Shown here in pieces: positions 28,701 through 39,464 of a stretch of DNA of 64,000 nt. Each line of letters begins with the position of its first letter. The stretch's first letter is position 1. The DNA comes from Cyanophora paradoxa CCMP329. Taxonomy: Eukaryota > Plantae > Glaucophyta. Below the pieces are notes generated by a model. That model did no database searches and was not told where the DNA came from. It saw only the letters and a list, made by a program, of their open reading frames with translations. The translations under genes and the position numbers were made by a program. The stretch is from the NCBI GenBank assembly GCA_004431415.1, contig QPMI01000517.1, positions 124,001 to 188,000 of the forward strand, given 5' to 3'.

Positions 28701-30704
28701 CCCCCCCACCCCTGCCCCAGTCCCCGAGGACCCTACTTCCCCACCCCCACCCTCCCCGCCCCCTGCCACGTGCACCCCCCCGGGCTCCCCCCCGCCCTCT
28801 TCCCCACCGAGGGCCGCAGACCCCAGACAGCCCGACCCTACAACCCACCCCCCCGAAGACTTCATTCACATATTTACGTGCCCCGCCGCTCGCCTCCTCC
28901 TCCAAGCTTTCCAGGATGCACTCGTGACCTTCCTCCGCACCCGGGTTCTCCGCCACTCGCCCAAACCCTTAGGACACGACGACACTATTTTTCAACTCTT
29001 TCCCTTCCTCCGCCTCGTCTCCCCTGACCCCGCCTCTCCCCTCCAATCCGCCCTCCTCTCCCCCACCGAAAATCCGGCCCTTTTCCGCCCCCCAGGTCTT
29101 ACCGATACCCTATGGACAAAGCTTAGCCCGGCCTTGGCTGACATACTCCCCTTCCCCGCCCCTGCCCTCCTGCGCCTCGGTACCCCGGCAGGATTGCCCG
29201 CCCTCTGCGCAGCCCTGGGCATCAACAAGACCACCACAATGTCAATCCAAAAAGATTTAGCGCTACTCCTCGACCAACACCTCCGTGCGATCTGGAGGGA
29301 CCGCTGCGCCCGCAACCACGCCTGGGAGCTCCGACAAGGCATCACTGACAGAACCAAACGTCGATACCGCAAACATGCCGACACCAAACCCTCCCGCTCG
29401 CCGCTAGTACAGCCGCCTAGTCCCCCCCTCCCCCCCCCCCCCCCCGCCCCCTCCCTCCATGATACCATCTCCATCACTGACTTCTGCTGCGAATTGGACT
29501 CGGAAGGCCAACCCTGGGTTCTCCTGGAAAATATCCGCCAAGCAATAGCACGACTCCCTGCCGCCCCCTCACCCCAGGCCGCCCCCTCCCCTCAGGCCCC
29601 TCCCTCCCCCCAACCGCCCGATGCAGGACCCACCGCCGGACATCTGACTTCTCTTGCACCTGTGGCACCCAATTTGCCTCCGCAGCTGCCCTCCAGGCCC
29701 ACTCCGACGCCAGACGGGGAAAGTGCCCCGCTCGCCCAGAGACCACCTCATACTCTCGACCTGCCTCCCAACCTGCTGCACCCCCAACGCAGCCTTCCCA
29801 CAAGAACCCCGACAATGGCACCCTGCCCGCTCTGCCCGCGGGCCCTACGTCCGCTACTCAACCTTCCAAGCGCCCCGCCCCAACGCTCCCCCTGGCCCCT
29901 CCCTCGAAACGAACTCGCCCGTCGCCTGCCTCACGCAAACGGACAACCGCTACTCCCCCCGCCCCGGCACCCAAACGCCCGCGCCTCATGACCCCTCCCC
30001 TTCCCGCCTCTGCACCCGCCCCACCCGTACCTACGGCAAAAAGAAAGGCAGCCGGTCGCAAGACCCCCAAGCGCGGGACCAAAAAAGCGCGAACGGTGTC
30101 GATACCTGCTGGACAACCCACAATCACGTCCCTCTTCGCACCTGGAGTGTACAAACCACTAACGACGCTTCAAGTAGCCGACTCTCCCCCCCCCTCCTCG
30201 CTTCAGCCGGCCCCCCCGACCGGGACCCCGCACGGTGCCGCCCCGCTGCCCCCTACGGTTCCTCCCCCAGCCCCAACCGACTCACAAGTGCCGAACCCCT
30301 CGTTGACTCCGGCCACCCCTATGGCTTCGGCCCTCCCCTCGGCTTCGGCCCCCCCCTCGGCTTCGGCCACCCCATCGGCTTCGGCCCCCCCCCCGGCTTC
30401 GGCCACCCCATCGGCCTCGGCCACCCCTCTGGCTTCGGCCACCCCCCCTACTCAGACCGACCCCTCCCGACCCCTCGCGACCCGCCTCGCCTCCGCACTC
30501 CCCGCTCTCTGCGCCGCCTGTCAGTGCCCACGCTCACTCCACTCTGCCGTCCCGGCACCGCTCCCTGCCCTGCCCCGCATCCGCTGCCCACCCCCTACCG
30601 CTGCCTCCGCCCACTCCCTCTCCTTCCTCATATCTTCCTCCTACCACCTTCTTCACCTCGACAGAACGGGACACCGATTAATCGGGGTCCTGGGGCGCAG
30701 GTGA
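22609..30704 (+). CDS. Continuation of element A polyprotein (post-RT region, split RNase H, two Ulp1-like domains, CCHC finger, basic tail), broken by about 5 indels
   Basis: Frame hops near 22615, 23186, 26990, 27178 and 29700-29790, mostly in homopolymer runs. The pieces align with element B: QCQILDAVW/QCQELDRIW, RVEGDPR in both, CPFC..EDFIHIFTCP/CALC..ETLEHVLTCP, IWRDRC..WE..GIT/TWAARC..WEK..GIT. Confidence 0.8.
24219..28250 (+). CDS. Split RNase H domain of element A
   Basis: IYTDAS (D 24231), LGELAG (E 24375), ITDSQ (D 24441), WVPSH (H 24633). The final helix HNDAVDKLAK is displaced to 28219-28248. Confidence 0.75.
25880..26500 (+). CDS. Ulp1/SENP-like (C48) domain 1, catalytically degenerate
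   Basis: VDAFFRLLQNRQ..CLFLSS..YDYILLPL..PWRLAII..IRILD..PTQ..DALFVM follows the C48 motif order but lacks the catalytic His and Cys. Confidence 0.6.
27000..27720 (+). CDS. Ulp1/SENP-like (C48) cysteine protease domain 2
   Basis: IRRGDLIHLRP..LVEAFLDML, LLDARLVLVPI, GHWHLLAL (His 27346), FYIHNGSL, LQPPNSTACG, LRRYREYIAL. One frameshift near 27178. Confidence 0.75.
30323..30445 (+). repeat. 18-bp minisatellite (ggcttcggccmccccmtc)
   Basis: About 7 tandem units encoding ASAPPS/ASATPS. Confidence 0.9.
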
Positions 30705-30973
30705 GGAGGAGGGAGGAGGCAGAGTGAGGAGGAGGAGGGGTGGCGGAGCGGCGACAAGGGAGGGCGGCGGACTGCGAGACATTTCACTTCCAGGGCTCAT
30801 GAGGGATGGAGGAGTTGATCAAGGGGTGGGCGCGCGGGTCTGGTTACGGCTATCACCGAAAACCATGGCTCCCCCACTCAGGCGAACCTCCCATACTGAG
30901 CGACCCATGGCCGGCACCTCGCTAGCATCTTCGGCTAGATAGATGACCGGTCGGAAGGGCGCGTCACGTAGAA

Positions 30974-31031
30974 CATTGATACATGTGCCGTGGTGTATCA
31001 ATGCGACGTCCACTTTTGCAAAAAAAAAAAA
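30974..31031 (+). terminator. 3' stem-loop and poly(A) tail of element A
   Basis: cattgataca..tgtatcaatg perfect 10-bp stem, then A12 at 31020-31031. Confidence 0.75.
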
Positions 31032-34000
31032 GCGGCCGCGCCTTCGACGCCGAGCAAGTCCGGCAGCAACCGGTGGCCCAGGCCACTGCGAGCCAGCAGC
31101 CCCGCCGGGCGGTTCGTGCGGCGCGCGAAGTCCCGGCACACCAGCGCATGTACGACCAAATTATGCAAGCCGGCGCTGCTGGCCTCCGCCCGACTTCCCT
31201 TGGCAAGCGACCGCTGCCGCAGTAGGCCTAGCTACAGCCATAGTCCCCAGTGCTCCAGTGAGAGCCCCTTTACCCACAGAACACTTGTCTGTAGCTTTCC
31301 CGCCCTTGATTCGATAAACCGCCATGCTGAAGATTGTCTTCCAGTGCGCGTGCACAAGGGCACTGGGATGGTACACAACGTCAACAACTGTACTGTACCC
31401 AAATGAAAAAGAAAACTAAATCTGCGGCCGCGGCCCCCGCGGCACCAAAAGCAGCTCCAAAACCTAAGGCGCCCGGCAGCAAGCCAACGGGCCAAAAGAA
31501 ACAAAATGCGACCAAGCTGCAGCTGAACAACAAGGCGGCGGGCGCGGCGCCCGCGGGATCTGGGCAGGCGGCCGCGACGCTTCGGCTGGAGAACGTCTTC
31601 CCCCCTAGCATGTTTCCCGAAGGTGGCGACTTCATAGGGGACGAACCGGCTATCAGGAAGCAGAAACCGGACGGGGTGCTGAGGACCATGACCTTCAACA
31701 CGAGAGGCTCCAGCGCCTACAAGCTGCAGCAGCTAGAAGAGTTCTGCTGCCGCTGGGATGTCGATGTAGCGGGCGTGCAGGAGCTGTCGATGACAAGGCC
31801 CCAGATGGCCGCCGCCCTGAGGTCGAGAGGGGAGGACCCGCTCCAGCCGGAAGGCGCGATAACGCACGGAAAGCTCCTGTACACGCTAAAATCAGGAGAC
31901 GGAACGCGAGGGAGCGGCGCCGCTCTCTGGGTCGCGCCGCAATGGGTCAAGCACCTCACGACGAAGTACGAGGTCCAGGGCCGGCTGATCGGGTTCGAGC
32001 TCCGCTTCAAAGGGAACCTCCAGCTCTTCGTGGCGAGCGTGTACATGCCCGCGACCGAGAGCAAAGCTGCGCACCGCCAGGATCAGGAGAAGGTCGTTGA
32101 AGAACTGACGAAGATGTACGACGACTTCTACGAGCGTGACAACGCGCACCTGCTGCTCCTGGGAGACTGGAACTCGGTCCCGGTCCCGTCGAGCTCACGC
32201 ATCCGAAACGGCGCCCTGGCCCAGAGCCACAAAGCCGAACGGAAGTGGTGGCACACGATGATCGACTCGTGGGACCTGCACGACGCCGGGATGTCACACG
32301 CGGCGAAACATGATGACGGAACTCTCTGCGGAGCACGCGAGATCACGCACCGCACCCCGCACGGAAGCAAGGGCCAAGGAGCGTCGGTCGGGGCGGCGGT
32401 GGCACCTGTACCGTCAGACGGAGTAGACGAGTCAGAGGGCGCGGAACGCGAAGCCGAGGAGGAAACGCCGGCTGACCTACCAAAAGACGCGCTCTGGCAC
32501 GCGGCGCGCATCGATGCAGTGCTGGTCTCGGAATCACTGGATCACGCGCTCCTCAGCGCGCACACGTGCCCCGCGTGGGTCGATGCGCCGCACGACTCAG
32601 ACCACTATCCAGCGTTCGCGGACTTCGACCTGGAGGAGGCGGGCATGACAGCGCCGGTGGGACCGAAGCCAGAACCGAAACCCGGGCCACCAGTGTTTGA
32701 CCCGGACGGCCTGAAGCGCACACAAAACGAAAAAGATGAGCTGAAAAGAGAGCTAAACAGGCAGCTCGGCGAAGCCGTCGGGGCGGACCTCGACGCCGTC
32801 GGCGAGGGCACGCCGGAAGAGCGTCTTGAGCGACTGAGCCGCATCCACGCTGCGAGCGCGAGCCTTGTTCAGGAGGTGGCAAAGGAACATCTATGCATGA
32901 GGGGCCGAGGGGGAAGCCGACCAAGCCGCGCAACCTGCCGTGGCAGGCGAAGGCCGACGCCAGAGTTGCCCGCATTCTCGCTGCCTGGAGGAAGGAACCA
33001 GGCGGGATCCCGTCGGAGCTGACGGTCCAGGCGATCGAGAAGCTGCTGCACTACGTGACCGCCAGGGAAGGTCTCCGACCCTTCCCGCTCCGTCCGGCTG
33101 AACGGCGCCAAGCGAGGGCTGAACAAGGCTCACCGCCGCCCGGATCCCCGTATGCGCACTCGAGCTCGCACAGCTCACAAGGCTCGCGCAGCGGTAGCCC
33201 CGCGCCGGTTCCAGCCGTACCCCCCGCGGCTGATCAGCAAGAGGACTGGGCCGAGATGCACCGGCGGCAGCTCAAAGAAGACTGGGCGACCTTCTTCCGG
33301 GAGCTGAAAGTATGGCGAAACCGGACGCGGCACGACCTGCAGAAAATCCGCCGGGCGCTCCAGGCGGAGGACGTTGAGAGGGCATTAAAAGAGAGGCTAG
33401 ACAAGTTCATGGACGGCCGCCAGCTCGGATCCTATATAGCCGCGGTGCTAGAAAAGCCGCGGAACCGCCCGATCATGCACATCACGCGTGTATCCAAGGA
33501 CGGAAAAACGTATGAAATCTACACGGAGCCTGAGGAAGTGAAACGACTCCTAAAAGAGCACTGGCGGAAATGGTGCCGACGCCGACGCCCACGCGTGGGC
33601 TGCACCCCAGAGACAATACCGGAAAGTGCGCTGAAGGATAGCATGGGGAAAGAACTGCTCGACTTCTGGAGGCTGGAATACGAGCCAAAAGCATACGCGG
33701 ACCCTGCACTATTCCGAAACGACATGTCGGTGCCGAGCGAAGGCGAGCTCGGCGACTACATTAAAACGCTAAGAAACACGGCAGCCGGGCCGTCGAACTT
33801 CTCATATGCTATGGTGAAGTTCCTATGGGCGCCGGTGCCCAAGCCGAAGCCCAAAGACGGGAAGGGCAACGAGGCCGGTGGCCCAGCGCCGGAGGGCCCG
33901 AGCCCAGCCGACGAGAGCGCCGAGGAGGCCACGGAAGCGGAGCCCGTACACTGGGGCCGGAAGCTGCTGCTCTCGCTGGTGGCTGAAGCGATCCGCCTCC

Positions 34001-37000
34001 GGGACCTGCCGGACGCCGTGTGTCAGGGCAACATCCTCGGCATTACTAAGAGCCGGGAGTGGGACGGGGATATCGAAAATAACCTGCGACCGATCACCCT
34101 GCAGGAGGTGGCCCTGAAGCTGACCACTGGCCTCCTGAACGCGCGCCTGTCCCGGACAATCCATCAGAACGGGCTCCTGAAAGGGGCCAACTACGGCTTC
34201 AGACCTGGTTGCTCGACGGACGACGCCCTCCACGTCTTTAACGCAGTCCTCGAGGACGCGAAGGAGTTCAAGAAGCCCCTGTACATCCTGCTGCAGGATA
34301 TCAGGCGAGCGTACGACTCCGTCTCGTGGGAGAGCATGGAGCTCTCGATGCGGAGGCTAAACGTACCCGAGGGGTACATCGAACTCCACAGGAACATATT
34401 CCGGCGCCGCAGGGCGCGGGCAATCTCCGGTCACGGCCTCTCCGACGAGTTCGAGCTCGAGTGCGGGCTGCCGCAGGGCGGCGTCGAGTCGCCGCTGCAC
34501 TGGCTGATCTTCTACGATGCCCTCCTCTGCGCGCAAGAGCGCCTGGATCAGCACGAACGCCAGCACGGAAAGAAGACGGCAAAGACGATAGAGCACTATG
34601 CCCACCCCGAGAGCTGGGAGGAGCCGGGCACGGCGTACGTGATGGGGAACCCGAGGGAGACCGATGCTGCGGAACGCGAGGGCCGGGCCCGCGTCAGCGG
34701 CGTGGCGTACGCCGACGACACGAAGTGGATGAGCGGCAGCATGCGGGGGCTGCAGACCCAGGCCGACGTGGCCGGCGAGTTCTTCCGACTGCACGATATC
34801 GAGGTCAACGCAAAGAAGACGATCTTCACGTGGAACAACGCACGTCGCGAGGTTGAGAGCAAACCTGGGGCCCACCCCGCCGCGAAGAAGAAGGAGAAGC
34901 AGCCCTCCCCGCCGAAGATCAACGGTACCCCCGTCGGACTTGTCCGCCAGCCCCACGAGCACTTCAAGCTCCTCGGGGTATACATGAGCGCAAACCTGAA
35001 CTGGGATCGTCAGTGGCAGTACATCTGCGATCAGGCGCGGGGCGCAGTCGCGCTGATAGAACGCAAGAAGCTCACCGCGAACGAGGCCTGCTACCTTGTC
35101 GAGGCCGTAGTACAGGCCCGCATCTCGTACGGCCTGAAGCTCATGACCCTGAGCGAGAGTCAGTGCCAGGAACTCGATCGTATTTGGATGCGGGTCGTCA
35201 AGCACCACGGGAACCTCGCCGCCTCGACGACGAATTACGCGATCTGGAGCCACGGGGGGTACAGCCTCAAACGAACAGCCCACCTGCAAGCGGAGGCGCA
35301 AATCACAGAGGCTCAGATCCGGCTCTGCGCGCCAGAGGGCTCGCTGCTGGCCCGGGTTGTACGACACCGGGTGCGCGCGCTGCAGGAGAAGCTTGGGGTG
35401 CCTCTGCTCCCGACCGAGTTCCTAAACGCGCCCGTCTCCAGCGACCTCGCCCGCAGAAACGCCCTGGCGGCGATCATGCCGCAGATGCAGCGCCGTAAGT
35501 ACCGGCTGATGTCGAATCACGCGCGCTACGCGGCGTTCCGCACCTTGCCCGGGGCGAAGCCTTGGCCTGACCCGGAGCGCCTCGACCGGCGCTACGTCGT
35601 GGCAATGCACATCCCAAGAGCCGTCTTCAGCGTCGCGGCCCCTGCCCTTTACGGGGCGGGCGTGACGACCATGGACGCGGTGACAGCAGCGGACGGCGAG
35701 ACCTTGCGAACCTGGCAGGACCTGTACATGGGCGCGCCCAAGGGAACGCTGCAGAAGAGCGAGCCTGCGTGGTGGCGTGAGGTGGCGAACGCGCTCACGG
35801 TTGACGGGAAGAAGCTGCGGCACCCGATGCGGCGGGCGGGAGAGCGCGCGTCAGCCATGGCCTCGCTCCCCAGCGGGGCCCGGAAGGTGAAGTGGACGAA
35901 GGGCGCGTTCGTAGCCGTGTTTGAGGCGGAGCAGCTGCACGACGAATCTGCCGAGCCCCACGTGGGGCGAGTCATTACGTTCAAGTCCGCGACGGGCAGC
36001 ATACTAGCGTCGGAGTACCTGCTGGAGCACTGGGTGCCGGTGCCGAAGGGCGCGGACCCCGACGCGGAGAAAGAGGGGCTCTACTGCCGGTGCGACGGTC
36101 ACTGCCGGCACCCCGAAATAGAGGGGCAGACGAGCACGTACACAGCAGTGCAGGGGACAGGAAAGCAGTACTGGCACCATGACGACCGGTGCACGCGCAA
36201 TGCTCCGTCGCGCTGCCCCGAAATGAGTCAGTGCGACGGCTCGTGGGCGCACGGGAAGGGCTGGTGGGAGGAGGAGGATACCCTCCTCGCCTTGGAAGGC
36301 GAACCGACGGAGGAGACGCCGGCGGTAGCGGCGGGGCAGGAGACGATGTCGAAGCGCGGGCGCAAGCAGGTCGCCCTGCGACCGACCTTGGAGTACTACG
36401 ACCCGGGCCTGCGCACGCAAGACGACGAGAAACGCAGGGCACTGCTTCTCCAGGCCCGCGTGAAAGCCGTACAGGATGGTGACGAGCGCTTCCTCCGTGA
36501 ACAGCTGAGCCAGGAGGCCGAGGCTGAGCTGCAGGCCGCGCTGGAAGTAGCTGCGGCGGCGACGCCGGGCGCCGAGCCGCGGGACGAGGCACAACCTGTG
36601 TCAGATTCAGCAGAGCAGAGCGAGCTCTACTACGCGGGCGGAGCGCCGCGCCACTGGGACTCCCGGGCGGCGCAGGAAGGGGTCACCCTCACCGTTTACT
36701 GGCAGCACATGCTGGCAAATTGGAGCAGATCGAAGAGGCGGAACTCGCGAAGCTCGGCCGTCGCCCAGGCAAACTCGAGCAGTGGATATGGACGGACGGG
36801 AGCCTGAAGAAGGGTCAGACGGAAGGGGCGCACGCCGGCCTCGGCGTCGTGAGTCCGGCCGAGTTCCCGGACGGGACCGTGGCGAACCACCCGGAATGGG
36901 CAGGCACGTACGTCGGCCGGCTGCGCGGGCTTCAAGAGAACAACAAGGCTGAGCTCCAGGCTGCGATCGTCGCCGACGTGCTCGCGGCGCAGGGGGTGCG

Positions 37001-37918
37001 CCTGCACACGGACAGTCAGAACGTCTGCACATGGTTCGATAAGTTCGTGCTGAATGCGCACGATATGCACATGCGAGACTACATCCGGAACACGTGCAGC
37101 GCTGAGCTGTACGCGTGGTCCAAGTTCCGTGCCCTGGTGATGGGACGGGATCGGCAGCGGCCGGCTGCGGTTATCAAGGTCAAGGCGCACAGCGACGAGG
37201 ATATGCACGAGCTAAACGACGCCGCCGACAGAGCGGCCGATCAAGGCGCGCACCTGGAACAGGAGGAACTGGACGAGCACTAGTAGAATGGGGTAGGAAC
37301 TGACACTACCCTGACATTATACTGACACTATAAATATTGTCAGAATGATGTCAGCCGGTCTGACAATTTCCTGACAGTACTCTGACACTATTCGGACCGC
37401 ACCTTGGTTTCGTTTGATAAGCCCGAAATGGCTCGGAGGCTCCACCAGCAGTCGTCCCTAGCCCAGTATTAAACGAAAGCGAGTGCACTGCTGCTGATGA
37501 TGTGTCCCCTAGCCTCGAGATAATGTCTAAATAATGTCAGACGGCCTGACATCATCCTGACAGTATTTAGACAATATTGTATTAGTACATTGAAAGGTTG
37601 AAAAGGTTGAAAGGTTCCTATATGAAACTAAACGTAAAACACATAGAGTTACAACAAACAGCGCGTGCACGCTGCTACACGCCGCGCTGCCGAGCCGCCG
37701 CCGCCCCGCGCGCGCCGAGCCGCCGCGCCACGCCGCCGCCCCGCGCCGAGCCGCAGCGCCGCGCCGAGCCGCCGCGCCGCCGCCGCCCCGCGCCGAGCCG
37801 CCTCCCCGCGCCGAGCCGCCGCCGCCCGCCCGCGCCGAGCCGCCGCGCCGCGCCGCCGCCCCGCGCCGAGCCGCAGCGCCGCGCCGAGCCGCCGCCCCGC
37901 GCCGAGCCGCCGTCTCGC

Positions 37919-39464
37919 GTCAACAAGTACCTCGACGACCTCGGCGCGATCCCGTCCGAGCCTGACCGGAACCCCGACAGTAGCTACTCCATCGACAAGT
38001 GCAAGGTGCCTCTCTCTCTCTCTCTCTCTCTCTCTCGCGCGCTCCCTTCGTCACGCCGCAACAGGGGAAGCCCGTCCTCTGGAAGAAGACCTCGCTTGCC
38101 CTCGCCGACGACGACGTCCTCGAGTTCGGCGGCCTCCTTCACAAGCTTCTTAAGCTCGACGCCGTAAGTGGCCCTCCCTCCCTCGCTTCCCCTCCCCCGG
38201 CCCGTACCCCTCCCCCTCCCCCCCGACTCTTAGCCCCGTAGCTTCCCTCCCCGGCCCGTACCCTCCCCTCCCCCCGACTCTTAGCCCCCGTCGCTCCCCT
38301 CCCCGGCCCGTACCCGTCCCCTCCCCCCGACTCTTAGCCCCGTCGCTTCCCTCCCCGGCCCGTACCCCTCCCCTCCCCCCCGACTCTTAGCCCCCGTCGC
38401 TCCCCCTCCCCGGCCCGTACCCTCCCCCTCCCCCCGACTCTTAGCCCCGTCGCTTCCCCTCCCCGGCCCGTACCCCTCCCCTCCCCCCCGACTCTTAGCC
38501 CCCGTCGCTCCCCCTCCCCCGGCCCGTACCCCTCCCCCTCCCCCCGACTCTTAGCCCCCGTCGCTTCCCTCCCCCGGCCCGTACCCCTCCCCCTCCCCCC
38601 GACTCTTAGCCCCCGTCGCTCCCCCTCCCCGGCCCGTACCCCTCCCCCTCCCCCCCGACTCTTAGCCCCCGTCGCTTCCCCTCCCCCGGCCCGTACCCCT
38701 CCCCCTCCCCCCCGACTCTTAGCCCCCGTCGCTCCCCTCCCCCGGCCCGTACCCCTCCCCCTCCCCCCGACTCTTAGCCCCCGTCGCTTCCCCTCCCCGG
38801 CCCGTACCCTCCCCCTCCCCCCGACTCTTAGCCCCGTCGCTCCCCTCCCCGCCCCCCCCCCCCCCCCGCCCCCCGCCACCCCTCGGCCACCCCTCGGTCT
38901 AACGCGTACATCAGCTGCAGGAGGACACGAAGTCCCGCGCCTCGCGCGCCCGCACTGCGCCCCGCGCCAAGAACGACTACGTGCCCACCGAGGATGCGGC
39001 GGCGGAGGCGGTGGCGGAGGATGAGGAAGCCGAGATCGTCGAAGCAGCTAGCCCCACGGGCCGGGTGCGCTCCCTCCTCCTTCAGTATGCTCTCCCATCC
39101 TGACTCTCGGCGCTCAGAACCCGCGGAACGTCCTCCTTCGGCTCAACGGCAAGGACGTCGCTACGGCTTTTACCGGCAGTCCCAGCCAGATCGACGGTTG
39201 CATCAAGGTTGCCATCGGCCACATCTTGGACGCGAAGTACGACGGCCTGCCGATTCCGTACCCAACCGACAAGGTGAAGACGCTTCGGCAAGCGGCGTCT
39301 TCAACGCGCGCATTCGACTGGCCCCTCAAACAGATCCGACTCGTGCGTATTGTCTTCGCTCTCCTCCTGACCTTCCTGACCTTCGCTCGCAGGCAAACGC
39401 GACGTCGCCCCCCGTCAAGCCCGTCAAGAAGCCCGTCAAGCCCGTTGCCAAGAAGCAGAACTGA
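37919..39464 (+). pseudogene. 3' remnant of a CACTA TnpA/TNP1-like accessory gene with 4 introns
   Basis: Exons ~37919-38005, 38065-38163, 38921-39064, 39118-39342, 39393-39464 splice in frame (all phase 0). LPIPYPTDKVKTLRQAA...FDWPLKQIRL resembles the C-terminal domain of EnSpm TNP1-type proteins. Confidence 0.7.
38180..38850 (+). repeat. ~55-60-bp C-rich minisatellite inside an intron of the CACTA gene remnant
   Basis: About 11 copies of cccgactcttagccccgtcgcttccctccccggcccgtacccctcccct between GTAAGT (38164) and CTAAC..CAG (38920). Confidence 0.92.

Larger units (their letters stand above)
1..31031 (+). mobile_element. Element A: giant non-LTR (LINE-type) retrotransposon, at least 31 kb; 5' end at or upstream of the window start
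   Basis: APE, RT, RNase H and CCHC domains in LINE order. Purine-rich 3' UTR (30705-30970), stem-loop 30974-31003 and A12 tail 31020-31031. Strongly C-rich sense strand across the coding region. No matching target duplication is visible in the window. Confidence 0.85.

Noticed and set aside
28600-30704. Dualen-type restriction-like endonuclease after the CCHC finger
   Set aside because: No recognisable PD..(D/E)xK motif set in either LINE.
38180-38850. CRISPR-like array
   Set aside because: Units are tandem with no unique spacers, and the context is a eukaryotic intron.
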